Shown one piece after another: positions 35,824-45,966 of a stretch of DNA of 64,000 nucleotides. The DNA is from an uncultured Dehalococcoidia bacterium (GTDB lineage Bacteria; Chloroflexota; Dehalococcoidia; Dehalococcoidales; UBA1222): contig CAIMVG010000021.1 in the NCBI GenBank assembly GCA_903844845.1, positions 6,785-70,784 on the forward strand, written 5' to 3'. The first letter of the stretch is position 1. Each line of letters opens with the position of its first letter. The notes below the pieces were generated by a model. It saw only the letters and a program-made list of their open reading frames with translations, searched no databases and was not told the origin of the DNA. A program made the position numbers and the translations under genes.

Positions 35824-38649
35824 TCATTTTCCGCAGCAATGCTTGTATTTCTTCCCGCTGCCGCAGGAGCAAGGTTCATTGCGCCCGGGTTTGCCAGGAA
35901 GCGAGTTTTTATTCTCTCCGGGTTTGCCCATGATTTTGGTCATGGGGGAAGAAGGTGCAGGGGCCGTCTGGCCGGGAGCGCCCGGTTTGACTACGGACAC
36001 ATGGAAAATAAGATGTGCGACGTCGTTACGAATGCCTTCCAGCAATTCGTCGAACATGATGCTGGACTGACGTTTATATGCCACCAGCGGATCCTGTTGC
36101 GCCATCGCTTGAAGGCCGATGCCCTGGCGCATATTGTCGATGGCCGTAAGGTGATCTACCCACAGAGTATCTATTACGCGGAGCATGACCAGCCTCTCGA
36201 GAGTGCGCATAACGGGAGGAGAGACTTCATCCTCCTTCTTGGAGTAGAGATCCTCGGCCAATTGAACGAATGATTCCGGCACCCCGTCAACCGGCATTTG
36301 CGCCAGGGTTTCTGGAGTCATATCTGTAGGCAAGGGGAAGATATTTTTAAGGGCTCCCATCAAACCGGCGAAATCCGGTTCTTCTCCACCGGAAACTTTA
36401 AGGAACCTGTCTGCCTGGGCCTCAAGCACTGACTTGACCATGTCCAGGATGTTGGAACGAAGGTCAGCCCCCGTCAATATCTTATGGCGTTCCCCGTAGA
36501 TGACTTCTCTTTGTTTATTGATGACGTCATCATAATCCACGAGGTGTTTGCGGATGTCGAAGTTATAGCCTTCAACCTTGGTCTGGGCATTTTCGATACT
36601 GCGCGAGATGAGCTTGTTCTCGATGGGGGTGTTCTCGTCCATCCCGGCCCAGTTCATGATACTCTGAATACGTTCGCCGCCGAACCTGCGCATCAACTCG
36701 TCGTCCAGTCCCACATAGAAGCGAGAGGAACCAGGATCGCCCTGGCGCCCTGCTCTTCCCCTGAGCTGGTTATCGATGCGGCGCGCTTCATGGCGTTCGC
36801 TGCCAAGTACATGCAGGCCTCCCAGTTCGACGACCTTGTCGTGCCGGGCTTTCCATTCGGCCATGGCTTTTTCATCGCCGTCCTCAGGCGGCTTGCCGCC
36901 AAGGATGATGTCTACGCCGCGGCCGGCCATGTTTGTCGCAACCGTAACCGCACCGGGTTTCCCGGCGTCCGACACAATCTGCGCTTCCTGCTCGTGTTTC
37001 TTGGCATTGAGCACATTATGTTTCACACCGCGCCGGTTGAGCATTTCATCAAGGATCTCGGAGTTTTCGATAGCGACCGTGCCGATGAGCACTGGGCGCC
37101 CTCCTTTACTGACTTCCTCGACTTCTTTAACGAGGGCCTTGAACTTGGATTCTTCATTTTTGAATATAAGGTCTCCCTGGTCGTCGCGCTGAGCCGGCTT
37201 GTTAGTAGGAATTACAACGACTTCCAATTTGTAAATCTTGGAAAATTCTTCAGCTTCGGTGACGGCGGTGCCTGTCATTCCAGCCAGTTTGGCGTACATG
37301 CGGAAGTAGTTCTGGATGGTGATGGTAGCGTAGGTCTTGGTTTCCTGCTGGACTTTGACGTGCTCTTTAGCTTCGATGGCCTGGTGCAGTCCCTCGGAAT
37401 ACCGCCGCCCGACCAGCACACGCCCTGTGAATTCGTCAACGATGAGGACTTCACCATCCTTGACCATATATTGATGGTCGCGCTTGTAGAATTCTTTGGC
37501 CGTGATGGCATTGCGCAGATGGCGCATGAGGTCGGCGTTCTGGGGGTCGTATAGACTTTCGGTTTTGAGCAATCCCTGACGTTTCAGTAGCCCTTCTATG
37601 TGAGCGAACCCTTCATCCGTGGGTTCGGCGCTGCGTTCTTTTATTTTGACCTCGTAATCTTCTCCAGGCTTGAGCTGAAGGACCAGTTGGGCAAATACCT
37701 GGTATTTCTGGCTGGACTCGACGTCGGGTGCACTAATGATAAGAGGCGTGCGCGCTTCATCTATCAGGAGGTTGTCAACCTCATCCACGACCGCGAAATT
37801 TTGCTCTCGCTGCACGGTTTGGTTAAGGTCGACGGCCATGTTGTCTCTCAGATAATCGAAACCAAACTCCGCTGAAGTCCCGTAAGTAATGTCTGCCGCG
37901 TAGGCTTCTTTTCGCTGGACGGGCTTGAAATGGCGCCAGGGATCCTTCTCTTTACCGCTGTCATAATCGGGGTCGTAGAGTCTTGAAGGCAGGCGTTCAG
38001 CCTCCGATTGCATAGGGTAGATGCTGGACACACTCACGCCAAGGGAATGAAACACAGGGCCCATCCAGTATGGGTCGCGCCGAGCCAGATAATCGTTTAC
38101 GGTGACCAGGTGCACTCCACGCCCGGTGAGGGAATTCAGAAAAAGCGGAAGGGTGGCCACGAGGGTTTTACCTTCACCTGTGCGCATCTCGGCGATGCGC
38201 CCGTGGTGCAGGACGATGCCACCCATGAGCTGGACATCGAAATGCCGTTGGTGTATGGTTCGCCGTGCGGCTTCGCGCACGGCTGCGAAAGCTTCGGGCA
38301 AGATATCGTCCAGAAATTCGTTCTCCTGCTTCCGCAGTTCTTTATCCAGTTCGAGCAAATTGTCCTGCAATCGTTTGCATTGAACGGATATCTCGGTTTT
38401 CTGGTCAAAGTCCTCAACAGTGGTTAGGCAGTCCTGGGCTTCAGAAAGTTCTTTTTTGGTGTTATCTATTTCCGCTTTTTTGTTTGCAACTGATTCAACC
38501 AACCTCTGCCGGAACTCGGATGTTTTGCCTTTGAGCTCTTCGTCTTTCAGTTGTTGAAACCCGGGTTCCAGGTCATTGATGCGTTTTACTAACGGGGCGA
38601 GCTTTTTGAGCTCGCGTTCATTGGAATCGCCAGCGAACCAGTTAAACAT
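35824..38649 (-). CDS. secA: Preprotein translocase ATPase SecA
   Basis: MRTGEGKTLVATLP, a DEAD-like VDEVDNLLIDEARTPLIIS, and the C-terminal Zn finger CSCGSGKKYKHCCG. Confidence 0.97.
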   Translation of the reverse strand: MFNWFAGDSNERELKKLAPLVKRINDLEPGFQQLKDEELKGKTSEFRQRLVESVANKKAEIDNTKKELSEAQDCLTTVEDFDQKTEISVQCKRLQDNLLELDKELRKQENEFLDDILPEAFAAVREAARRTIHQRHFDVQLMGGIVLHHGRIAEMRTGEGKTLVATLPLFLNSLTGRGVHLVTVNDYLARRDPYWMGPVFHSLGVSVSSIYPMQSEAERLPSRLYDPDYDSGKEKDPWRHFKPVQRKEAYAADITYGTSAEFGFDYLRDNMAVDLNQTVQREQNFAVVDEVDNLLIDEARTPLIISAPDVESSQKYQVFAQLVLQLKPGEDYEVKIKERSAEPTDEGFAHIEGLLKRQGLLKTESLYDPQNADLMRHLRNAITAKEFYKRDHQYMVKDGEVLIVDEFTGRVLVGRRYSEGLHQAIEAKEHVKVQQETKTYATITIQNYFRMYAKLAGMTGTAVTEAEEFSKIYKLEVVVIPTNKPAQRDDQGDLIFKNEESKFKALVKEVEEVSKGGRPVLIGTVAIENSEILDEMLNRRGVKHNVLNAKKHEQEAQIVSDAGKPGAVTVATNMAGRGVDIILGGKPPEDGDEKAMAEWKARHDKVVELGGLHVLGSERHEARRIDNQLRGRAGRQGDPGSSRFYVGLDDELMRRFGGERIQSIMNWAGMDENTPIENKLISRSIENAQTKVEGYNFDIRKHLVDYDDVINKQREVIYGERHKILTGADLRSNILDMVKSVLEAQADRFLKVSGGEEPDFAGLMGALKNIFPLPTDMTPETLAQMPVDGVPESFVQLAEDLYSKKEDEVSPPVMRTLERLVMLRVIDTLWVDHLTAIDNMRQGIGLQAMAQQDPLVAYKRQSSIMFDELLEGIRNDVAHLIFHVSVVKPGAPGQTAPAPSSPMTKIMGKPGENKNSLPGKPGRNEPCSCGSGKKYKHCCGK

Positions 38650-38875
38650 CTGCGTTTGCCTCTATTATCTTCCTGGCCTCGTCGGCCTGCGCTTCGGTAA
38701 CCATTATTTTTATCTCTCCCATGCCATCCATCACGAATGGCTGCATTGATAAAGCCGCATTACCCTGCATAAGCGAACGGATCCCGCAGCTTTCCAGAAG
38801 GCCGCGTATGACCTGTGCTTCCATCTCACCATGGGCTGTATAGACCTTAATAAAATTCTCGGGTTCTTTTTTCAA
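38642..38875 (-). CDS. DUF2007-like small protein (putative signal-transducing domain)
   Basis: 77 aa. YTAHGEMEAQVIRGLLESCGI...EAQADEARKII resembles DUF2007. It overlaps the secA start by 8 nt. Confidence 0.55.
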   Translation of the reverse strand: MKKEPENFIKVYTAHGEMEAQVIRGLLESCGIRSLMQGNAALSMQPFVMDGMGEIKIMVTEAQADEARKIIEANADV

Positions 38876-39031
38876 TGTTAAACCTGCTTCCTCATCCCGT
38901 GAATACCTGTAATGTTTGAGGCGATAGACGCAAAGAAATAGTCCCGCAAGTAAACGACAAGTCCAAGACTCCGGACGCCTGGGAAAACGGCGTCTTCGGC
39001 GAGGAGAACCCTCAACAAAACCATTTTAGGT

Positions 39032-39979
39032 TTATTTGTTGTCTTCGTACATGGCTCCTACCGACAGGCCGGTATGGATGCGATGTATCGCCTCTCCGAG
39101 CAAAGGGGCGATGGGCAATACGGTAATCTTGTCCAGTCGCTTGGCGACCGACAGGGGGATAGTATCAGTGACGATAATCTCTTTGACCGGCGATGCGGCG
39201 ATACGTTCGATTGCCGGTCCGGACAGAACGGGGTGGGATGCGCAGGCATAAACTTCCCTCGCACCTTCCCTGAGGAGTGCGTCTACAGCATGAACGAGTG
39301 AACCAGCGGTGTCGATTTCATCGTCGAAAGTAATAGCAACCTTTCCCGACACCTCCCCAATAATGTTCAGCGTCTCGGTCTGGTCGTTGTTGCCTGTCCT
39401 GCGTTTCTCTATGATGGCCAGCGGCGCCTTCAGCCGGGCTGCCATGTCACGCGATTTTTTGGAGATACCGATATCTGTTGCGACGACGACGATGTTTTCA
39501 AGCTGTTTTTTCTTGATGTAATTGGCAATAAGCGTCTGTGCGCTGAGTTCATCGACAGGGATGCTGAAAAATCCCTGAATCTGGCCAGCGTGCAGGTCTA
39601 CCAGCAAAGCACGCGACGCCCCGGCGGTAGTGATGAGGTCAGCAACCAGTCGCGCAGTTATGGGGACGCGAGGCTGGTCTTTTTTATCGGTTCGCCCGTA
39701 GCCGTAATACGGTATAACGGCAGTGATGCGGTCAGCGGATGCACGCCAGAAAGCGTCCAGCATAATCAGCAATTCGACCAGGTTATTGTTTACCGGAGAA
39801 CAAATCGGCTGGATGAGAAAGACGTCACGCGAGCGGACATTCTCCAGAATACGAACGAAGATATTCTCATTGGAGAATTGCGTTACTTCGCATTTCCCCA
39901 GGGGCATACCCAGATAGTCGCATACCGACTGCGCCAGAGCGGGGTGAGCCCGGCCTGCGAATACCTTGAGTTCTTCCAT
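39032..39979 (-). CDS. prs: Ribose-phosphate pyrophosphokinase
   Basis: LKVFAGRAHPALA, VIPYYGYGRTDKK, DLHAGQIQGFF and DDEIDTAGS. Confidence 0.95.
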   Translation of the reverse strand: MEELKVFAGRAHPALAQSVCDYLGMPLGKCEVTQFSNENIFVRILENVRSRDVFLIQPICSPVNNNLVELLIMLDAFWRASADRITAVIPYYGYGRTDKKDQPRVPITARLVADLITTAGASRALLVDLHAGQIQGFFSIPVDELSAQTLIANYIKKKQLENIVVVATDIGISKKSRDMAARLKAPLAIIEKRRTGNNDQTETLNIIGEVSGKVAITFDDEIDTAGSLVHAVDALLREGAREVYACASHPVLSGPAIERIAASPVKEIIVTDTIPLSVAKRLDKITVLPIAPLLGEAIHRIHTGLSVGAMYEDNK

Positions 39980-40009
39980 TGCGCTTCTCCTTAAACCTTT
40001 TGAATCCTG

Positions 40010-41257
40010 CTAGTCGTCCACACCCGGAACGACGAAACGTGCGCAAATGCTCAGTACTTCATCGTGGACCTCTTTTTCTACCAGAGGGTTGTCTATGTGA
40101 TTGATTATTTTAATTATCAGACGGGAAACAGCTTTCATTTCCTCCAGTCCGAAGCCGCGAGATGTTACCGCTGGTGTACCCAGTCTTATGCCTCCGGTGA
40201 CCCTGGCGGAAATCCCGCTGGTGAATGGCACGGTATTGCGGTTGACCACGATGCCGGCGCGGCCAAGCGATTCTTCAGCTTGTTTTCCGTTGACGCCAGT
40301 GCCTGCCAGGTCAACCAGGACAAGGTGATTGTCTGTGCCGCCGCTGACGAGCCTGAAGCCTGCTTTTTTCAATTCTGCTGCGAGTGTAGAAGCATTCTCG
40401 AGAACTAGTCGTTGATAATCCACGAACTCCGGTTTCATGGCCTCGAGGAAGGCTACGGCTTTTGCCGCGATCACTTGCATGAGAGGCCCGCCCTGCATGC
40501 GCGGAAAAACCGCTGAATCAAGGGCATGCCCCAGGTCTTTGCGGCATAACACAAAGCCGCCTCGAGGGCCCCTCAATGTCTTGTGGGTGGTGGAGGTTAC
40601 CATATCACAGTAGGGGACAGGAGACGGGTGAAGGCCTGCCGCGACCAGTCCTGCGATGTGCGCCATGTCCACCATCATTTTGGCGCCCACCAGGTCGGCG
40701 ATGCGCCGCAGGCGTTCGAAATCGATGATGCGGGGATAGGCAGAAGCACCGGCGACGATCAGTTTGGGTCGGTTTTCGACGGCTATTTTTTCAAGTTCGG
40801 CATAGTCTATGCGTTCGGTTTCCCGGTTCAACCCATAACTGATGAACTTGTATGCCTTACCCGAGAAATTGACGGGAGAACCATGCGTAAGGTGCCCTCC
40901 GTGCGACAGTTCCATGCCAAGAACGGTATCGCCGTACTCTATCATTGTGAAATATGCTGCCATGTTGGCCTGCGCCCCGGCATGCGGTTGCACATTTGCA
41001 TATTCCGCACCGAATAGTTTCTGGGCACGATCGATCGCGATAGACTCGATGGTGTCCATATTGGCGCAGCCCCCGTAGTAGCGTTTGCCAGGGTAGCCTT
41101 CGGCGTACTTGTTGGTTAAAAATGAACCCTGGGCTTCTAAAACGGCGCGGCTGGCGTAATTTTCCGAGGCGATAAGGTTGATGGTTTCTTTCTGCCGTTT
41201 TCCTTCCAGGGCGATGGCACAATTAATTTCCGGATCGGCCTTTTCGAGTGAACTCAT
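40010..41257 (-). CDS. glyA: Serine hydroxymethyltransferase
   Basis: [26 protein letters not shown] and [14 protein letters not shown]. Confidence 0.97.
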   Translation of the reverse strand: MSSLEKADPEINCAIALEGKRQKETINLIASENYASRAVLEAQGSFLTNKYAEGYPGKRYYGGCANMDTIESIAIDRAQKLFGAEYANVQPHAGAQANMAAYFTMIEYGDTVLGMELSHGGHLTHGSPVNFSGKAYKFISYGLNRETERIDYAELEKIAVENRPKLIVAGASAYPRIIDFERLRRIADLVGAKMMVDMAHIAGLVAAGLHPSPVPYCDMVTSTTHKTLRGPRGGFVLCRKDLGHALDSAVFPRMQGGPLMQVIAAKAVAFLEAMKPEFVDYQRLVLENASTLAAELKKAGFRLVSGGTDNHLVLVDLAGTGVNGKQAEESLGRAGIVVNRNTVPFTSGISARVTGGIRLGTPAVTSRGFGLEEMKAVSRLIIKIINHIDNPLVEKEVHDEVLSICARFVVPGVDD

Positions 41258-41445
41258 TGGACTCCTTCCTAGGGGACAAACAGAATATCGAGTGCAAATC
41301 TCGCAGCCTATATTTTAACTCTTGAAGCTCATTTTTAGCAACCGGATAAAATGGCAACAAGCATAGATTCGGGTAAGCGACAACCGGGCATGTTTCAAGC
41401 ATCCCGTAGAGGGCCATTGAAAAGCCTGCAAACGGGGAAGAATGG

Positions 41446-43275
41446 TCAAACCGCTGGGATTTCGTTCTGTGGCAGGTGGGCAAGCGATTCAGGGGGGAGC
41501 GCATTGTCTCTAATTACCCGATTCACGAAAGAGTGAATGATAGCAAAAAGTATCCAGGTAATTAAAAAACCGGTCAATGAGCCGACCACCCATAACATCG
41601 AAACTTCCGGGAGGCCCCAGGGGGCGTTGCCGGTAACCAACCAGCCACGAAGCAGCCAGTAGAGAGCGAATCGGATGATGATGGCTGCAATGCCGGCAGA
41701 GATATAAAATTCGATATCGAAGCGCCAGCCGAATCCCAGGTAATCGAGCGCGAAAAAGAGAAACATCGTGCAAACCGGGATGGAAATCCAAAGATGGAGA
41801 GGGGAGAGCACACAAAAAGACAGCAGGTGGAACAAGAGGAATGTTGCAACACCAAGCTGCATGAAACGCTTCCAAAACCCGCTCAGGCGTTTCTCAATCC
41901 GCTTAAGGAACCCGGTGATTATCAGGGCTGTTCCCAGGGCTATCGCTCCGATCGTCGGCAGATAGTAGAAGATGTATGTAATGCGGTCCGACGCCAGGAA
42001 AAGCGGTATCCAGACCATCCACGTGCCTATTATCCAGCAGCCGATAAAAATCGCGGCGTTCTTCTGCGGATTGTGCTGGCGGATGAAGGATTTAACTGCT
42101 ACATAGGGGATCACAAACAAGCCAGCAAGCCAGAGCGACGGGCTGATTATCCCTGTATAGCTGGGGGTATACCAGTATGGAAGCAGGATGTTCGTGTAAT
42201 TTTCCGGATGGACCAGCCATCCGTAGAAATAAAAAGAACCCGTGGGGGAAAGCACCCATTCCCATGGCTTTGCCGGGAATGCACCCGAGTAACTGAATTT
42301 AATACTATCAGTCAGCGTGAGAGCGTTTTTGATTTCTCCAACGACGCCCTGGTCCCAGTGACCCCAGACCACGAAGGGGATGTACTTGGTCCAGATTATC
42401 ATTTCGAAAACGCCGTAAAGCAGGAAAAAAGCGATGGGAGCAAGAAGCATCGAGGCGATAAAAGCTATGGGTCTCGAATACATCTGCCAAGATGTCTTCT
42501 TTATTTCGGTATTGATCTCACTTACCTGAAGGGGCGGTTCAGCCGGTAGCGGGGTCGCCTCCTGGGCAATTGTTTCACCGGCCGATTCTATTGGAGATAC
42601 TTCTATTGCGACCTGGAGTTGCGCCTGCTCCGTAACCGCAGGTACAGGTTCCACGGGCTCAACTTCGACGTGCATCCCCATGTTTGGTTTATACCCGACA
42701 AAAAACCAGTGCAGGCCAATCGGGATTACCGCCAGCACCCCGCCGAATTTTGAAAGTCCAGCCAGGGCAATGCAGATCGCCGAGGCCCACCACCACCGGG
42801 TGCCCTTTAAGTAAAACCAGAAAGCGAAGATGGTGAAAACCACCACATAAATGTCCAACATGGCCATTCCGCTGTGGAGGAACATAAGATTTTCCAGCCC
42901 GAGGAACATTGTGGCAAGGAAAGCCGTTTTATGCGAGCCCCCAAGTTTACGGCAGATATCGTAGAAGGCTATTAGCGCGATCGTGCTAAGTATCACGGCC
43001 GGCATACGCCAGCCCCAAGGGTTATCGCCAAAAACCTCTATCCCGCCCGCGATTATGAGCTTGGCGAAGGGCGGGTGTTCCATGCGCTGGGTGCCTTCCC
43101 CATTGATGATGCGCCGGGCATCAGGGACATAATGCTGTTCGTCGAAGAGAGGCTCGTTGGGATGCGTTATAGTAGCCAGGTGCAGCCCTAAAATTACGAC
43201 CAGCAGCACCAGCAGGGGGAAATACTGCCAGTGGATCAGCCTGTTGATACCGCGGCTTACTTTTTCCATGTCCAC
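41446..43275 (-). CDS. GT39/PMT-family membrane glycosyltransferase (protein O-mannosyltransferase-like)
   Basis: First-loop FDEQHYV motif (the PMT DE motif) and more than 10 TM segments. A low-complexity Pro/Glu/Val-rich insert sits mid-protein. Confidence 0.78.
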   Translation of the reverse strand: MDMEKVSRGINRLIHWQYFPLLVLLVVILGLHLATITHPNEPLFDEQHYVPDARRIINGEGTQRMEHPPFAKLIIAGGIEVFGDNPWGWRMPAVILSTIALIAFYDICRKLGGSHKTAFLATMFLGLENLMFLHSGMAMLDIYVVVFTIFAFWFYLKGTRWWWASAICIALAGLSKFGGVLAVIPIGLHWFFVGYKPNMGMHVEVEPVEPVPAVTEQAQLQVAIEVSPIESAGETIAQEATPLPAEPPLQVSEINTEIKKTSWQMYSRPIAFIASMLLAPIAFFLLYGVFEMIIWTKYIPFVVWGHWDQGVVGEIKNALTLTDSIKFSYSGAFPAKPWEWVLSPTGSFYFYGWLVHPENYTNILLPYWYTPSYTGIISPSLWLAGLFVIPYVAVKSFIRQHNPQKNAAIFIGCWIIGTWMVWIPLFLASDRITYIFYYLPTIGAIALGTALIITGFLKRIEKRLSGFWKRFMQLGVATFLLFHLLSFCVLSPLHLWISIPVCTMFLFFALDYLGFGWRFDIEFYISAGIAAIIIRFALYWLLRGWLVTGNAPWGLPEVSMLWVVGSLTGFLITWILFAIIHSFVNRVIRDNALPPESLAHLPQNEIPAV

Positions 43276-44336
43276 CAGTTGTTTGCGAAGTAGTTCCAGA
43301 GCATCGAAACCGCTATCCCTATCAGGTTAGCGATTAAATAATAGACTCCAAATTTCGTCTTGAACAGCCACAACAATCCGAGATTGATTGCAACGGCCCC
43401 GAGGCTGACCAGATTGAATTGCCCAAGATGCGTAAAGTAGGATTTTACACCCTTTCCTCTGCGGTCGGCAAAGGTGAACCGGTTATTCAGCACAAAATTC
43501 GTGATTATTGACGCTTCGATGGCAATCACCGAAGAAAGCAACAACGAAATCTCAGCGTTCCCGTGTAACAGCCAGAGTAAGCCTTCATTAACGATGACCC
43601 CGCTGGCTCCCACGAGTAAGAACTTACTGAAACGCAGCAATTCGCCGCTGCGGCGCATCAGGCTTAACAGGTGTCTCAGGTATTCTACTTCAAGTTTGGC
43701 ACTAAGCTTGCTCTCGCCCTTTTGGCGCGTTTGGAACATGAATGGTACTTCAGAGACTTTTTCTGAGTTGCCCACAACCAACATCTCGAGCAGTATCTTA
43801 TAACCGATGGGTTGAAGGGTTACCCCCGAAATCACACTTTTCTTAAAGGCGAAAAACCCGGACATGGGGTCTTTGACCCCCCGGCTGTGCGGCAAAAGAA
43901 GATGGGCCAGGGCGATGGCTCCGCTTGATATAACCTTGCGCGTCGTGCTCCATCCCTCTGTCCCGCCTCCGGGCACGTACCTGCTGCCGACGGCAATGTC
44001 CGCTCCATCGCGCATAGATTTTATCAGCCCGGGGATAACTTCAGGGGGATGCTGCAGGTCGGCGTCCATAACAACGACTGTATCGGCGGAAGCAAAACCG
44101 AAACCGTCCACAACTGCGGAGGCCAGTCCCTTTTTATCTTTGCGGACGACCACGCGGACCGGGTATTTCGGGGAAAGGCTATTTATAAGTTCAGACGTTC
44201 CGTCACGACTGTCGTCGTCAACGAAAACGACTTCGTAATCGTTCCCGGGTATAGCAGCAGCGATTCGCTCCACAAGGGGCGTGATATTATCGTGTTCGTT
44301 ATATGTGGGTATAAGAATCGAAAATGATTTTGTCAT
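43257..44336 (-). CDS. Polyprenol-phosphate mannose synthase-like GT2 fused to a GtrA-like membrane domain
   Basis: ILIPTYNE, VDDDSRDGT and MDADLQHPP mark the GT2 domain. The C-terminal 4-TM GtrA pattern reads FLLVGASGVIVN...NNRFTF. It overlaps the GT39 gene by 19 nt. Confidence 0.85.
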   Translation of the reverse strand: MTKSFSILIPTYNEHDNITPLVERIAAAIPGNDYEVVFVDDDSRDGTSELINSLSPKYPVRVVVRKDKKGLASAVVDGFGFASADTVVVMDADLQHPPEVIPGLIKSMRDGADIAVGSRYVPGGGTEGWSTTRKVISSGAIALAHLLLPHSRGVKDPMSGFFAFKKSVISGVTLQPIGYKILLEMLVVGNSEKVSEVPFMFQTRQKGESKLSAKLEVEYLRHLLSLMRRSGELLRFSKFLLVGASGVIVNEGLLWLLHGNAEISLLLSSVIAIEASIITNFVLNNRFTFADRRGKGVKSYFTHLGQFNLVSLGAVAINLGLLWLFKTKFGVYYLIANLIGIAVSMLWNYFANNWWTWKK

Positions 44337-44434
44337 TTAAAAGCGTTTCGAAATACGTCATTCCCGTAAACATTCCGACTATTCTACCATAACCCGGTTA
44401 AGTTGGAGTAAAGCAATGTTCCTCTTGTCTGCGG

Positions 44435-45166
44435 TCAGACCACTTCGATATCGTTGATACACTTCAGCCAGAAAACACCCATCTGCCCCGGCCGGATAAG
44501 TCTGATAGGATAACCATGCTCACGCGGCAAGATTTGCCCGTCCACCTCCAGGGCGAGCATCACATCCTCACCAATCGCGTCGCCGATGGCAAGATTTTGC
44601 TGAAGATTGTCCAATGAACGGAAAATAAGCTGGGTCGCTCCCGGTTTCACCCCTGCTGCATTCATCAGAGACGACAGTTTGAACCCTCGAAGCGTTTCGT
44701 TGTCAGCGAATACCGTGGGACAGACAAGGAGGGATGTTTGTTCGGTTATGGGGAATTGTTGAAGGTCCGAGTATGCCAAGCTGAGAGTGCCGGAGGTTTG
44801 GCCGTGAACGTTCAACCGGTAGCCTGCAATGTCTACCTGAGGGCTTGGATTGAGGGTATGGAGCAGTTCAAGCGGAGTTACGGGCAACCGGCTGTTGTCC
44901 ACCTTCGAGGGGTCCGAGTTGACCAGATATTCTAGCCCGTTGACAGGCGGCAGGCGCACTGTAGCGGGAGGTGCGGTCGAAGATACTGTCCGGGTTTCAC
45001 TTACTGAAGAAGTGATTGTTATCGTATTTTTACACGATGAAGCGAGAAGCAGGGCGCCAGCCACGGCCCCGCCCAATATACCGGCATCCCTGATAAACTG
45101 CCGCCTGGAAATCAGCATCCGTTGCACAGTGTCAGGCTGGTTTTCGAGTTTCGACTTGTCCATCAC
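44435..45166 (-). CDS. Tat-exported molybdopterin-binding oxidoreductase domain protein (sulfite-oxidase/MsrP-like)
   Basis: Twin-arginine signal SRRQFIRDAG. LLVCPTVFADN and GYPIRLIRPGQMGVFWLKCI resemble the YedY/SO family. Confidence 0.65.
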   Translation of the reverse strand: MMDKSKLENQPDTVQRMLISRRQFIRDAGILGGAVAGALLLASSCKNTITITSSVSETRTVSSTAPPATVRLPPVNGLEYLVNSDPSKVDNSRLPVTPLELLHTLNPSPQVDIAGYRLNVHGQTSGTLSLAYSDLQQFPITEQTSLLVCPTVFADNETLRGFKLSSLMNAAGVKPGATQLIFRSLDNLQQNLAIGDAIGEDVMLALEVDGQILPREHGYPIRLIRPGQMGVFWLKCINDIEVV

Positions 45167-45337
45167 ATATGACTCTAGTGCAGACGTTCCGGGGTGTCAA
45201 GAAACCGAATCCGAGTGGTTCGATTTATTACCGGAACGTCGCTTGATTTATGGCTAACTCGGATTGACTTGACATATAGCCCATGTTATCATTATTCGAG
45301 AGGTATACACATCGATTCCAGCCTTGCCAACGACAAT

Positions 45338-45955
45338 ATGCCGGCTCTGAACGAGCTTTATCAATCCATCCGCTCTTGCCGTAAGTGCGAAATATCCAAG
45401 GCGAGAACTAACGCGGTACCGGGCGAAGGCCCGGGGAATGCCGAAATCATGTTCATCGGGGAAGCCCCTGGATTTCATGAAGACCAAAAGGGCCGTCCCT
45501 TCGTAGGTTCCGCCGGGCAGTTTCTCGGTCAGCTTTTAAAATCCATAGACCTGTCACGCGAACAGGTGTATATCACAAACGTAATAAAGACGCGTCCCCC
45601 TGGGAACCGCGACCCTCTGCCAGAGGAAATAGTCAATTGCCGCCCGTGGCTCAACCATCAGCTCGCAATCATTAAACCAAAAATGATAGTCACACTGGGG
45701 CGATTTTCGATGGGGTTGTTCATGCCCGGCAAAACCATCGGGCAGGTCCATGGGACTGCCGTGAAAAAAGACGGTGTTCTTTATTTTGCGATGTACCATC
45801 CGGCGGCCGCCCTTCATCAGGGGAACCTGCGCGGCGTGATAGAATCCGATATGCTGAAAATACCCGGCCTGCTGGCCGGTTTAAAAAAAGAAAATGCACT
45901 AATCGAGGCCCAGAAGGGCCGCGAGGAAGAAGCGCAGCAACTCAAGCTGTTATAA
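45338..45955 (+). CDS. udg: Family 4 uracil-DNA glycosylase
   Basis: CRKCEISKARTNAVPGEGPGNAEIMFIGEAPGFHEDQKGRPFVGSAG and HPAAAL. I prefer the ATG at 45338 over the track start at 45194. Confidence 0.88.
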   Translation: MPALNELYQSIRSCRKCEISKARTNAVPGEGPGNAEIMFIGEAPGFHEDQKGRPFVGSAGQFLGQLLKSIDLSREQVYITNVIKTRPPGNRDPLPEEIVNCRPWLNHQLAIIKPKMIVTLGRFSMGLFMPGKTIGQVHGTAVKKDGVLYFAMYHPAAALHQGNLRGVIESDMLKIPGLLAGLKKENALIEAQKGREEEAQQLKLL

Positions 45956-45966
45956 GGAAAAATTTC

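Noticed and set aside
36484-37554. 356-aa plus-strand ORF inside secA. Similar cases are 58381-59607 inside the carboxyltransferase gene, 32682-33521 inside valS, and 61001-61801 inside the nuoF-like gene.
   Set aside because: All are antisense or out of frame relative to genes with strong family motifs. No motifs of their own were seen.
41258-41445. glyA leader examined for ZTP (pfl), THF or glycine riboswitches.
   Set aside because: None of the conserved cores I remember (for example CCGCCTGGGC for ZTP) is present. Only a plausible promoter and a short hairpin were seen.
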